Shown one piece after another: positions 38,921-52,334 of a stretch of 64,000 nucleotides of DNA. The notes beneath the pieces are model-generated. The model was not told the origin of the DNA. It saw only the letters and a list, made by a program, of their open reading frames with translations, and made no database searches. A program made the translations under genes and the position numbers. Position 1 is the stretch's first letter. Each line of letters starts with the position of its first letter. The stretch is from Octopus bimaculoides (lineage: Eukaryota). The stretch lies in the NCBI RefSeq assembly GCF_001194135.2, contig NC_069000.1, positions 39,209,720 through 39,273,719 of the forward strand. Direction: 5' to 3'.

Positions 38921-39705
38921 ATACTATTGTTATGAAGCATCATAAAATATGCTAAGACGAGTTGTGGAGAAAGAAAAAATTGGGTGATGCGATATAAAAT
39001 TAAATAAAGGAGAAAAATGATTGGAGAAGGAATAGAGTGGCATTGAAATGTGTCAACAGAAAATTAAAATCAAAATTAATATACAGAACAAAATGAACTC
39101 GAAAGCAATGCAAAAAAAATCTCGGCTAAGTGAGGTAGAAGCCTGCCATAAGATTGACATGGTCCGGCTTCATGCTCTAACTCATAGATTTATTTGAGAT
39201 ATATGGCAGCAATGTAATATATTTATTATGCCAGGCTTTCAGAGAATATAGAGAACAGTCACTGAATCGCCCACATCAAAACATGTTTTATTATTAAGCT
39301 TACTCTTAGAAGTTTAGTAAATGACGTGTGTGTATTTCTTGTGAAAACGTATTTTTATAATTTCTTTTGGGTTTGAGCAGGAGCAAATAAACGATTAACT
39401 GTCAGAGAAAATATAAGGTGCATAACAGGCAATATAACGTATGCTGTAATGGTAAGCATTCCAAAGTATTGATGCGTGTGTGTTTGTGTGTCTTTGTCGC
39501 TGTGTGTTGGTGCATACATAGGTGTAACTGATTTTGTATAACTGCGCGGATATATGTCCTCAGGGAAGGAGATACAAAATAGATGTATTGCAACACTGGG
39601 TAGAAATAGAAACACACACAAACACACATACACATACAAACATACATAAATAGATACATACGTTCATATATAAATATGTAGTTATATATATATATATATA
39701 TATAT

Positions 39706-40649
39706 NNNNNNNNNNNNNNNNNNNNNNNNNNNNNNNNNNNNNNNNNNNNNNNNNNNNNNNNNNNNNNNNNNNNNNNNNNNNNNNNNNNNNNNNNNNNNNN
39801 NNNNNNNNNNNNNNNNNNNNNNNNNNNNNNNNNNNNNNNNNNNNNNNNNNNNNNNNNNNNNNNNNNNNNNNNNNNNNNNNNNNNNNNNNNNNNNNNNNNN
39901 NNNNNNNNNNNNNNNNNNNNNNNNNNNNNNNNNNNNNNNNNNNNNNNNNNNNNNNNNNNNNNNNNNNNNNNNNNNNNNNNNNNNNNNNNNNNNNNNNNNN
40001 NNNNNNNNNNNNNNNNNNNNNNNNNNNNNNNNNNNNNNNNNNNNNNNNNNNNNNNNNNNNNNNNNNNNNNNNNNNNNNNNNNNNNNNNNNNNNNNNNNNN
40101 NNNNNNNNNNNNNNNNNNNNNNNNNNNNNNNNNNNNNNNNNNNNNNNNNNNNNNNNNNNNNNNNNNNNNNNNNNNNNNNNNNNNNNNNNNNNNNNNNNNN
40201 NNNNNNNNNNNNNNNNNNNNNNNNNNNNNNNNNNNNNNNNNNNNNNNNNNNNNNNNNNNNNNNNNNNNNNNNNNNNNNNNNNNNNNNNNNNNNNNNNNNN
40301 NNNNNNNNNNNNNNNNNNNNNNNNNNNNNNNNNNNNNNNNNNNNNNNNNNNNNNNNNNNNNNNNNNNNNNNNNNNNNNNNNNNNNNNNNNNNNNNNNNNN
40401 NNNNNNNNNNNNNNNNNNNNNNNNNNNNNNNNNNNNNNNNNNNNNNNNNNNNNNNNNNNNNNNNNNNNNNNNNNNNNNNNNNNNNNNNNNNNNNNNNNNN
40501 NNNNNNNNNNNNNNNNNNNNNNNNNNNNNNNNNNNNNNNNNNNNNNNNNNNNNNNNNNNNNNNNNNNNNNNNNNNNNNNNNNNNNNNNNNNNNNNNNNNN
40601 NNNNNNNNNNNNNNNNNNNNNNNNNNNNNNNNNNNNNNNNNNNNNNNNN
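39706..40649. other. Largest of 15 assembly gaps (N runs); others near 3240, 10682, 11517, 14287, 17206, 19911, 23909, 24810, 31631, 33772, 45473, 54288, 61806, 62784
   Basis: N runs, nearly all bordered by (TA)n, (TTA)n, (CT)n or (TACA)n. Confidence 0.98.
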
Positions 40650-42139
40650 AGTAATTAATGAACTTTTATGATTAATTAACAAAATCGAGTAATTAGAGAA
40701 TTGATCATATTAATTATGAAAATCTGTCTACCAACATCGGAAATAATCTGAGTGACCATATTTGGTTTAATAAGTACAAGACAAAAAAAAAAACATCAGC
40801 ATATGTCCCACATAACAATGGCTTTAGAATTTGAAATATAATGACCTCGTAATTTTTGAGCCACAAATTAAAGCGCTGACGTCACAATTTGTTTGATCTA
40901 CAAAAGGAAGAGCTAATTTAATAGTACTATATTGAAACGAAATATTGGAATATAAACCTATTTTTTAGTTTTGGGGATAATTTTGCTTTCGTAATTATGG
41001 GCAATGATTTTACGAAATTTTCTTTTTTTCTTTCATTGTCTATCTTTCTTTCTGTGTTCCATTCGTTCTGCCTTTCTGTCTTTATTCCTTTTCTTTCTTT
41101 CCTTCATTCATATTCCTTTCTTTTCTTTCTTTCATTCATTTTCTTTCTTTCTTTCTTCGATTCCTTCTGTCTTTCTTTCATTCTTTCTTTCTTTCATACT
41201 TCAGAAGACACCATCTGTTTCAGATCTGGAAAGACCTCGTCTTCCCTGAGGTTAATTTTCTTGATATGTTGAATATCATGACGACCTCTCCCCCCCCCCA
41301 CTCTACATCTCCCTCAGGATTGTAGGTGTCAAATAAACGAATATGTTTTTGTGTGATATTGTGTGTTTCCATAATTCTTTGTTTGTGCGTGTGTGTGAGA
41401 GAGTTTCTTTGTGTGTTTTTTTGTGTTTGTGTTCTTTGTGTTGCGTGCGTTTACGTGAATTCCACAACGGCTTTCCATCTCTTCTTACCATTATCTTCTC
41501 TGTTTCTAATGTAATTGCTTTTGATGTATTATGCCTGACCTTCCCTTCCTCGATCATTTAAATATTTGATTTATCTGACATACAATTCTGACATCTGAAG
41601 CCGCTACTGATACTGAATATATATATTCTGGTGTCACTAAACTTATAATAGTATACCGCAATGACACGTCCTAATTCTTCTTATTCTTTGAACACGTCTT
41701 GAATTATAGTAATATCCATACGTTTATGCAATTTTCTCATATGTGCATGTAAAATTATATCTAACCCGCATCTACATTAAACGTATACCAAGGATATTGA
41801 TGTTGATGTTGAAGTTGATGCCTTGTCCGTGTTAAGTCTAAATAACAATCAGAATATTCAACGTTATGTTACATTTTAGTGTGTGATATATGAACATTAC
41901 ATTCTATGCAATTTATTTAACGGTGATACTGCTATAAACGGATATAAGTTTGCTTTGGGAAAGTAATTCTTAGTTTCATAGGTCGGATATACAACTTCAG
42001 AATTTAAATTGATATTAAGCAAAGAATAATCACATTCATAAAAATCATAGACACTGACTGGAGAAATATAATCTCAGCATATTGTCTCAATTCAAATATT
42101 TTTCTGTATATTTTATTGGCTGTTAAAAGCTATTTAGTG

Positions 42140-42275
42140 GAGGCACGTGGCTTAGTGGTTAGGGTGTCAGCATCATGATCGTAAGATTGTGGTTTCGATT
42201 CCTGGACCGGGCGATGCGTTTTGCTGTTGAGCAAAACACTTCATTTCACGTTGCTGCAATCCACTCAGCTGGTAT
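42140..42275 (+). mobile_element. Third tRNA-derived SINE family (C), 5' part
   Basis: Head ggaggcacgtggcttagtggttagggtg (A box) and ggtttcgattcc (B box), then catttcacgttgctgcaatccactcagctgg; related copy at 37706-37805. Confidence 0.75.
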
Positions 42276-42623
42276 ACATGTTTTTCTATTGTATACATGT
42301 TTTTCTATTGTCCATGTCTTACAAATGATAATAATTAAAGTAACGCATAAACATATATTGACAAGTAAAAGGCATGTTCCACTCTGACTACGGACCTTTA
42401 CTAAACATCTACCAAGACAAGCCTCCCCTATTTCCGAAGTAACCCCAACGTTCTAGAAATATCGACGCACTCAGTCATCTACAACACAAAAATAAGTGAG
42501 CTCATCTCTTCTCCTACATTTCTACAGATTAACAATAGGATATGTAGATACATGCTTAGGCCTTCCTTGCTGAAGTTTAATGAAATATAGGTGCGTTAGC
42601 TGTGTTATTTCTGACACAATACG

Positions 42624-42840
42624 TTGGTGAGCTGGTTGAATGGTTAATACGCCGTGCAAAATATTTTGCGGCGTATCGTCCGTCTTCGCGTTCCATATTC
42701 AAATTCCGTCACAGTCGACTTCGTGCCTTATCCTTCTGGAGACGATAATTTAAGTACCCCTTGGACACTGCAGCCGATGAAACCGACCCACATCTCCCCC
42801 GATATCTTTGTTCTTGCGCCAAAATTGGAAACCAATGTTT
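42624..42840 (+). mobile_element. Decayed family A SINE
   Basis: ggtgagctggttgaatggtta...ttcaaattccgtcacagtcgacttcgtgccttatcc...gataatttaagtacc. Confidence 0.7.
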
Positions 42841-43169
42841 CTTAGACATTCAGCTAGGGATTATCTTTAAAGGCAACAAGGTATATTCATACCATTTCGG
42901 TAGCAGAAGAGTTTTTTTTTTTTTTTTTCAGTTGAGTCTTTTTTTTTTCTTTTTCTTTTTTTGGAACACCTCTCATTCTTTTGTAACACGTATTAACTTC
43001 CTTGTCCGGATGGAAATCGGTGGCAATTAATTTAGCCAACACTGTATGAGTAGATTCGGAATATTGGCTGTCTATGCAGCTGGTATTAGGACCGAGGAAT
43101 TCCCAATTTTGTGAGTCGGAGATTTGGTGAATTTCCCAATGACGACACAGAAGAAGTTGCCTCTGCTGC

Positions 43170-43219
<50 letters not shown>

Positions 43220-44235
43220 AGTGAGCCTTAGTGTGTGTTTGTTTGTACGTGTGTGTATGCGTGTGTGAATAGTTGTTGTGTATCTGCACACATGTGTATA
43301 TCCTGGTATGCGGATGTGTTTATTAGGTATAGTAATTCTTCCTCTGTGAGATATTAAGTCATCACTCATGATAAGAGATAATAGCATGGTTTGATATAAA
43401 ACCTAAAAACAACTTTGTAAGCCATCGTAGAATTTCTAGTATCTTGCACATTTCTGTCTCTACAGATTTCGACTAGGTTTATCTCCCTTTCACTTCAGTT
43501 CAATCATGAGCCCCAAATTTTTTTTTGTTTCTATATTACTCAGTAAAACATATGAATCTCTTTGCAACATTTCGCGCAACATTTTTCTAATCAGTGACCA
43601 AGCATAGATATTATCAGAAGATAAAGAAAAGCTCAATATCAACACTTTACTGTTCACCATTTTCGGAAGATAGGTTTCATTCTAAACAAGGCACGTTAGG
43701 CTACAGTTGAAACATAAAAACATTTTTTAACTTTTGAGATTAGTTTCAACATTAACATCAGATTTATACGACGTGTCTCTAATTCTTTTTTTATTCGCCG
43801 TAGCGAGAGAACATGGTATTCTTGGAATGTTTAGTATGTGAAATATTCGAATCTGTGGTTAATCTAAATTAATTTTTATTGATTTGTTTGTGTATGATTA
43901 GCGATAAATTTTTGTCTAATCTTTTGCTGATCTTCAGTAATAGAATGTTGTTTAACATTAACTTTCTGATTAGATGAAAAATTGCGAAGAAAAACCCACG
44001 TTTTTCTTTTCTTTCCTATACTCTACCTCGTACTTGTTGAGTCACTAGACTACAACCATGCAGTACTTGGTATTTACATTTCAAGGCTGTTACTTATTTC
44101 ACGGGTCTCTTCTTGGGCCGATCTACTTAGTTCCTGGAGAGTAAACAAACCAACACCGGTGTCAAGAAGTAGTGAGGGACAAATGCAAAAACTAAACACC
44201 GGGGTGTAAAAATGCATATGAAATAAATATGTACG

Positions 44236-44278
<43 letters not shown>

Positions 44279-44424
44279 CACGCCTGTAAGCAGCAAGCTA
44301 CAGGCATATATTGAAATGTATTATAACCGAACTAAGTAAACCCGGGTTTAATGAGAGAGGTAACTTTTGAATAGTCACCGGACAAAGCAGTTTTGCACCG
44401 AATGGCGCACCACGGCCAGTAGCA

Positions 44425-44640
44425 GAGAATTTCAACGACGAGGGACGATGCAATACGGGTTGAGGCGATATATATATTTGTGTATGTGTGTCTGGTGTGT
44501 TTATGTCCCCGTAACATAGCGGTTCGACAAAAGAATTCGATAGAATAAGTGCTAGGCTTACAAAGAGTAAGTACTTCGGCTAACACCCTTTAAGGCGGTG
44601 CTCCAGCATGACCTGAGTCAAATGACTGAAACAAGTAATA
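44425..44640 (+). mobile_element. Family B SINE, 3' half
   Basis: tgtgtttatgtccccgtaacatagcggttcg...aaggcggtgctccagcatg...aaatgactgaaacaagtaa. Confidence 0.8.
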
Positions 44641-44709
44641 GAATAAAATAATATATATATACATACACGATAAACGAGCTTCTTTCTCGTGAGAAGCACT
44701 GAATTATCT

Positions 44710-44795
44710 CACAAAGCTTTGGTCGTCCCGGTGCTATGGTAGACGACACTTGCCTATAGTGCCGCACTCTACACCTCAATCCCAGACAATGTTTT
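44710..44795 (-). mobile_element. Family B SINE 5'/CORE fragment
   Basis: gctttggtcgtcccggtgctatggtagacgacacttgcc matches the CORE region in reverse. Confidence 0.6.
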
Positions 44796-44869
44796 GGCAT
44801 CAAGTTTGTCAACCCCACAGACATAGCTGCGCCTAGATGAACCCTTATTAATTCCTTTACTGAAATTTT

Positions 44870-44965
44870 AATTTGCTGCGATGGACTGGCGTCCCGTCCA
44901 GCTGGGGGAAACACATACGGCATAGAAACCAGGAAACCGGGCCCATGAGGTTAGTTAGGCTTGAA
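44870..44965 (+). mobile_element. SINE fragment with a V-domain-like segment
   Basis: gcgatggactggcgtcccgtccag...catagaaaccaggaaaccgggcccatgag resembles the V-SINE tgcgatggactggcg..ctgtccag motif as I recall it. Confidence 0.45.
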
Positions 44966-47349
44966 AAGGGTGCAGAAATAAAAAAAAAATTGCAACAGAG
45001 TAACGGTTTCAAATTCGTATTACCAGGCTGTATTTTACGATTTTCATTTATAAGTTCCAATTTAAGCATTTAACATATCCCTGCCTAACTACCAATTTCA
45101 GCTGAATCTATCTTCAATGATTAATGGTTTGCTGAATCTTTTTCATTTAACCGGTTACAAGGTAATTCTTTATTTAATCTCGCCCATCAATCTTTTAATT
45201 CATTTGCGATTAGGTTGTATTGAGTGTTTTTCTTTTATTTACCTGAAATATATATTTGTGTTTTCTTTCACCAGTATCGTTTCTTTCTAAGAAACAAACG
45301 AAATTACATAATTTTTTTTTTTACTTTATCTTCACTAAAGCGTCGCGTACACGTTACTCAGTTTCACGGCCATTCCTGCCAAATTTGGAGAAGTTAAAAA
45401 GTTTTCCGACTAGATTTACGGTGGTTAGTTGAAAATTCCAATCACCACGATATATATATATATATATATATANNNNNNNNNNNNNNNNNNNNNNNNNNNN
45501 NNNNNNNNNNNNNNNNNNNNNNNNNNNNNNNNNNNNNNNNNNNNNNNNNNNNNNNNNNNNNNNNNNNNNNNNNNNNNNNNNNNNNNNNNNNNNNNNNNNN
45601 NNNNNNNNNNNNNNNNNNNNNNNNNNNNNNNNNNNNNNNNNNNNNNNNNNNNNNNNNNNNNNNNNNNNNNNNNNNNNNNNNNNNNNNNNNNNNNNNNNNN
45701 NNNNNNNNNNNNNNNNNNNNNNNNNNNNNNNNNNNNNNNNNNNNNNNNNNNNNNNNNNNNNNNNNNNNNNNNNNNNNNNNNNNNNNNNNNNNNNNNNNNN
45801 NNNNNNNNNNNNNNNNNNNNNNNNNNNNNNNNNNNNNNNNNNNNNNNNNNNNNNNNNNNNNNNNNNNNNNNNNNNNNNNNNNNNNNNNNNNNNNNNNNNN
45901 NNNNNNNNNNNNNNNNNNNNNNNNNNNNNNNNNNNNNNNNNNNNNNNNNNNNNNNNNNNNNNNNNNNNNNNNNNNNNNNNNNNNNNNNNNNNNNNNNNNN
46001 NNNNNNNNNNNNNNNNNNNNNNNNNNNNNNNNNNNNNNNNNNNNNNNNNNNNNNNNNNNNNNNNNNNNNNNNNNNNNNNNNNNNNNNNNNNNNNNNNNNN
46101 NNNNNNNNNNNNNNNNNNNNNNNNNNNNNNNNNNNNNNNNNNNNNNNNNNNNNNNNNNNNNNNNNNNNNNNNNNNNNNNNNNNNNNNNNNNNNNNNNNNN
46201 NNNNNNNNNNNNNNNNNNNNNNNNNNNNNNNNNNNNNNNNNNNNNNNNNNNNNNNNNNNNNNNNNNNNNNNNNNNNNNNNNNNNNNNNNNNNNNNNNNNN
46301 NNNNNNNNNNNNNATATATATATATATACAAATATATTCTTATTGCCGTGCTTTCCAAAGCTTATATATCATCCTCTCCTTGTAAATGCTGTATACTCTT
46401 ATAATCACTGTATGGTAAGATATGTTTAATATTGTGTAATTTTGATCCATGCAAGTCTTGTTTACCTCTCCTGTTTTCTCATCTAGTTTCCGTAATACAT
46501 TCTTCATCAATCTAATTTCCTTATATCTCTTGGCTGTTACGTCCAGAGTGTTTTCAGTCATTCTGAGTATTTCACCTATAACTTTGTGTCATGTTCCTAA
46601 TATTCTCAAAAGAATTCTATATGTCTAATACGGCAGAGGAAACCATTGATACTCTTTATTTATTTCCCGATATTAATCTTCACTGATGTTACTTCTTTAT
46701 GACATTTTTAAAATTCATTTTTACCTATGTCAATACATTTCGCTTCTGATTCATATTCACTCTTTCCTGATTGCATATATTTCCTATAGTGTCAATTAGT
46801 TCTTTCAAGTATAATATTCATATTTTGCTGACTCTCATTTCTCACTGGTCAATACTGGTTTTGCTAAGCTAAATATGTCCACAATCTTATTTTACATACA
46901 CTAATTTTCTGTTGCAATCGAAGGGGAACGTTTGCTATTTCCACGCAGAATTATATCTAAACCAAAAGCTATCTAAGCCAAGGATTATAATTCCTATGCC
47001 AAGTATTTACTCACAGATGAATAGATTTTAGTTTACGCTATAGAACAGATGTATACCGCTAATTCGTTCTTTTCTTTATGCACAATCTGATTGTGGTCAG
47101 AGAGAGACCAGCTGGAGCTGTTTCACTTCATGAACTTCGTCAGCGACCGAGGACTTGCTTTAACTGAATATAAGCTGCTACTTGGACGGTTCTAAGTAAT
47201 CCAACGAGACAGATGCATTTGAATAGTAAACTATAAGATATTTACAAGTGTCGTTGTGGAAAGTTAAAACATTAAAACTAATCCAATTGTACTACTAGAT
47301 GTGTTATATGAGGAACCACACTATGCTAGTGTCAGTACAGCATATATAA

Positions 47350-47545
47350 CGTTCGCCATGATACATCGCTAGCCACTAAACCTTTTTCTATTTACTCTGC
47401 CTGTTTATTTCTCTCCCTGTTCTTTTCTGTCGAAGAGCGAAGGCTCGAAATATAAAAGACTTTCTCACTTCCTGAGCGTTAAAATAATACATCTGTTTGT
47501 TGTTTCCACACCCGTCTTTTTTTGTTGTTTTTTTTGTAAATTCTC
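47350..47545 (+). mobile_element. Penelope-like terminal repeat (solo)
   Basis: About 150 bp homologous to 5395-5550; contains a hammerhead-like motif followed by ...cgttaaaataatacatctgtttgttgtttccacacc and a pyrimidine-rich tail. Confidence 0.6.
47422..47458 (+). ncRNA. Minimal type I hammerhead ribozyme-like motif (variant core)
   Basis: (C)UUUU helix I; CUGUCGA+A core; stem II GAGC-gaag-GCUC; GAAA; UAUA (palindromic A-U-A-U mini helix III, putative AUA cleavage triplet); AAAG helix I. Position 6 is U instead of the canonical A. Confidence 0.5.
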
Positions 47546-47584
47546 ACTGTGTAACATTAGCTTTTATGCGTATGTGTGTGTGAA

Positions 47585-47647
<63 letters not shown>

Positions 47648-48648
47648 TCGGGCGTATTAACTGTATTAGTGCATGTATCATATGACGCAAGTTGTTAACA
47701 CGCAGGCTGTTACACCGGTGTAACACACAACCTATAGGTACTAATACGTCAGACATACTAACATTCAGCTTTGAAAAACTAATTCTTCAGAAATAAACTA
47801 TCCTCTTTTTATCGAGCACAAAAAACATATATGAAATTGATCGAATACGAAATTGATCGATATAACGTCAATAATATAAATATGCACTTTATATATATTA
47901 AGTATCTTAAAGCATAACTTCATTGAACAACGATCTGTGTTGTGATTTCGGTAAGCTGTGGATACAGAATTGTTCTGTCATGTATCATATTTGTTATTGC
48001 CTTTTAGCTGTGGATTTCTGCAGATTATCAGTTCAAAGATCAGAAGTTTTCCGAACATAAACACCTCCAGGTATTATAAAAATAGCCTTCTAATCTGGCT
48101 ACAATTAGCAACCAAACGCTGAATAAGTTTATTTCCACTCTATTTTCCTTCTGCAGAACTGTCGCTTTGTCACAAAACCAACTTGACTGAGCAGAATTCT
48201 GGTACAATTTATCGAAGCTAGAAAACCATCGAGTATTATATTTTGGAGTGGAATATCTCGGTCAACATCAAGTAGTTTCTGTTTTCTATGTTATGAAGGT
48301 AGGATACGGTTTGTCGTAGAATGAATTGCTAGCCCTTGCATGAGAAATATCCATTCTGCAAAATGAATCGAAGTACACAATGTACTGTTATATATTTTGC
48401 CTTGACTGGATCGATGAATATCAACGGTATGTAACAAACATGTTTTACAATATATTATGGAACCTGCTGTTTGGTAGACGGGAATTAAATGTGTATCCGT
48501 ATTCAAAACGTACGTTGTATGCAAGTTTATATCTAATGCGCCGAACATGGCTATTTTCCAGATGGAAGTCTATATTCATTTATCTTCCTAAGCGTAATTG
48601 ATGCATATTGTTCAGGAAGCATCATTGTTGTAGTTAGTATTATTATTA

Positions 48649-48713
<65 letters not shown>

Positions 48714-48809
48714 GAGTGAGAGAGTAGTGCATCCCATCAAAGTGACACTGGGGTAAAATATACGAAGCCAATTATACCCATCATGACTACCCGTCTGATA
48801 AGGGTACAC
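48714..48809 (-). mobile_element. 3' terminus of a retroposon ending in (AAT)n (copy 2)
   Basis: Reverse complement gtgtacccttatcagacgggtagtcatgatggg...ccccagtgtcactttgatgggatgcactactctctcactc is followed by (AAT)n, which is the plus-strand (TTA)n at about 48640-48713. Confidence 0.75.
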
Positions 48810-48819
48810 GTCGTATATA

Positions 48820-49050
48820 TGTATATATATATATGTATGTGTGTGTATATGTTCGTGTCTGTGTTTATCCCGCCAACATCGCTTGGCAGCCGATGCTAGT
48901 GTGTTTACGTCCCCGTAACTTAGCGGTTCGGCAAAAGAGATGGAATAAGTACTAGGCTTACAAAGAATAAGTCCTGGGGTCGGTTTGCTCGACTAAAGGC
49001 GGTGCTCCAGCATGGCTACAGTCAAATGACTGAAACAAGTAAAAGAGTTA
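48820..49050 (+). mobile_element. Family B SINE, 3' half
   Basis: caacatcgcttggcagccgatgctagtgtgtttacgtccccgtaacttagcggttcggc...gactgaaacaagtaaaagag. Confidence 0.85.
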
Positions 49051-49281
49051 ATGAGATATCTCTCCATGCTGTGAATTCAGTTCGCCACGTTGTCATTGAG
49101 TTTTGTATTAATTTTATGCTATTGTGGGAAACCTTAAGCAGTCTAGGTCATTCAATAATCCTCGAGTGTGGGACCATGTCAGATGCATTCCTGTAGTCCA
49201 CCCATGCCATCGCCAAACTTTTGTGTCTTTTCTTGCAATCAGCCAATCAGCCTACATAGTTTTATCGATAAAATTGATCGT

Positions 49282-49282
<1 letters not shown>

Positions 49283-49342
<60 letters not shown>

Positions 49343-49505
49343 TGTTACTTTTGTTATTATTATTATTATTGTCATTATTATTATTATCAATATTATGATT
49401 ATCATCGTCATCATCATCAAAACAGTATGTTTAGGCCGGTTGTGAGGTGATTTAGTCATATATTTCCTGTTACCTTTCTTATTCTCAGCCTTGACACTCT
49501 TCTTC

Positions 49506-49585
<80 letters not shown>

Positions 49586-49690
49586 TTTATTTTCCTTCTT
49601 CTTCTTCTTCTTCTTCTTCTTCTTCTTCTTCTTCTTCTTCTTCTTCTTCTTTTCCTTCTTCCTTGTTTGTTTCTTTCCTTCTTTCTTTCT
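49283..49690. repeat. Compound (TTA)n/(TCA)n/(TTC)n microsatellite cluster
   Basis: Direct reading. Confidence 0.95.
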
Positions 49691-50613
49691 TCTGTATCTG
49701 TTTTGTTGATCTTTCTTAATACTGTCGATTCTCCCGTTTTATGTTATTTTCGCTTGCTTAATGCATCTGTTATCGATTGTCTCTTTATTCGCTTATTACA
49801 ACCATATCGGTTGCTAATGTTATATATCGCCGAGAGTAATATTACATCTTTAACTTGTTTTGCATGATCTTTCAAACGCTGTTGCATTGGACGATATAGA
49901 ATTTACAATCGAAGAATATCATGGGAAAAAGATTCTTAGGATTATACCATGTGTATTTTTTTCGAATTGGTAAGCAATAAATAACAGTTCCTTTCATAGA
50001 TTGATTCGCTTTTCAGGAACACGAGCTTGAGAATTGATAAGATTCTTCAATATAAAGCAGAATAAAATGTATGTATTTAATACATATCTAGATGTTATAT
50101 TAGTGGAGTGGCATTGGTTCCATAAGAGAAATGATACCCGTTGGAATCGCTCATTATATAAAATAAGGGCTAGACTTTTCATAAAGGTGTATAGGGTCCA
50201 GTACCAATACATTGGACATAAATTCACTTCTCTGAAATTAATGTTTTTTGGTTGGAATAAGGAACGCTTAACGCTTTGCTTAATTTACTTCTTGTATTAG
50301 AAGCTACGCTCCTTGCGGTACGTGAAAGTTAAAAACATGAGAGGGAATATAATACAAAGCGAACAAAAGCAGAATTAGTCAGATTCAGATGTTCCTGTTT
50401 TGAAATGACTAATCTTTACCCTTAATGACAATTATCATCAAAAAGAGGTGAGGAATCATAGAATTATATCCAGGACAGAAATAAAAACAAATAGAGTGGG
50501 ATTGATCCTTAGAGAATGCAGTGACTCCTCTGAGAGTATATCATTAGTATTAGACATTGTCTGCAATGCAAGGTCTTATACGTAATTACCAGGGTTTATA
50601 ATGTCTGAATATA

Positions 50614-50828
50614 CGAGAGGGCCCCAAAAAGTTCCTGGCTTTCAGCGTATCGTGAAAGTTCAGTTTCAAGGCCCAGCCTTCTGAGTTCTTTTACATTCCC
50701 TAGAAAAGCTGAAGGACGATGCAATAAGTGAGTGAATCTGAGAGGGGAATACGTTGAATATAGTCATTATTAACTGATCCTCCTGTATTTCTTTTATTCA
50801 AAGCCGGGAGCTTTTCAGCACTCCATCG
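50614..50828 (+). mobile_element. Non-autonomous mariner deletion derivative (MITE, about 215 bp)
   Basis: Terminal inverted repeats cgagagggccccaaaaagttcctggctt and aagccgggagcttttcagcactccatcg; TA at 50612-13. The internal remnant resembles a mariner C-terminus (...NLRGEYVE*). Confidence 0.72.
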
Positions 50829-51949
50829 AATGTGTAGTTTCATTACGAAGAAGACATTGTCTGATCAAGTGATTTAAGATATTTTTTGATAGTTTCCTCT
50901 CGTTTCAAAGATTTATACGCAGATGTGATCTAGTGTCGTTCCAGTAATTAGTTACAATAACAAACGTTCCTCTGTTAAAACTGGTTTCACATTCTGATAC
51001 ATTGCCAACGATTTTAGGGTAGGGAAGATTTAGTCGCTTACATGCACCTCAAAACTTGAAAGGCACTTTCTTTTATGGACACAAAAAGAATGAAAAGCCA
51101 AGCTATGCTCGCCGCCATTTGATCTCAGAATATAAAAGAGTTGAAAGAAATACTGTAAATATTTTTGTATGATGCTTACTTTTTGGCTTCCGCTAATGAA
51201 GCACAAAATACTGAACGATAATACTTTTTGTCAACAAAATGTTCAATGATATTGGAATAAAAGTTACAAAGAACAGAATGGTTAATGTAGTGTAAGCCTC
51301 ATATATAATTTGACTTTTTAAGAGCGACGCAGCTACCACAAATACACCAAGAATTGAAGTAACCACCAGAAGGATTAGTGTCTTGAAGTAAAAGAATGAA
51401 AAATTATTTTCGTCTCACAAAACCCAGATTTATATCTAGCTCGGACTGACAAGGGAAGGTGAACTCAGTTGACCACATACGTTACGGTACCTTATGATTT
51501 GTACTAAATGTTTGTTTGTGATTGAAGTACCACAGCAGCAATTTTATGGGAGGGATGTCCTTGATTCCAGTATCAACTTCGGATTTGCCTCAGCAGGGTT
51601 TCAACGCAGTATGTAAATACCTGAAAAAAACCCCCTAGACCTTTATAAATTAAGTAACATAAAACATATTCATCTGCGTTAGACGAAAAATATTTCGTGT
51701 ATGATGGATAGTTAAAACAAATATAGATTAAAATATAACATAAGAAGTAATTATTCGTACAAAACAAAAGCCTCGAACAATGAGTATTATGCGTAGCCAT
51801 TCGAGTGGGTGTAATGCATGTCTGCCATTCACTCTTAATAATCTAGAAAACTGCAACTAATTACATAGTAACTATTCGATTTCATCGTCAGACAATTCAA
51901 AGCTGTCGTTTTCTGTGAGATAAAATTTAAGACGCAAGAAACATTATAT

Positions 51950-52042
<93 letters not shown>
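51950..52042. repeat. (GA)n microsatellite
   Basis: Direct reading. Confidence 0.97.
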
Positions 52043-52046
<4 letters not shown>

Positions 52047-52334
52047 AATGTCAAAATGTTTCTGATTTCTTTCCATTTTCACAGCATTTAGCAGATATCT
52101 GTTTTTGAAAAGTTTTCAACTGCTGGTAATATGTCAGAAATGACAAAACTTCAGGCATAGATTTCTAAATGTAGGCACAAGACCGGCAATTGGATTGCGA
52201 CATGATTGCATAAATAAACTGTATATACTGTAGTCCAATAACTATGCAACATTTTCAGTATATCAGAAAAGATACGCTTGTTTTGCACAATGTATCCAAA
52301 TCTAAAACGATACATTTATCTTTGGAAATCTACC

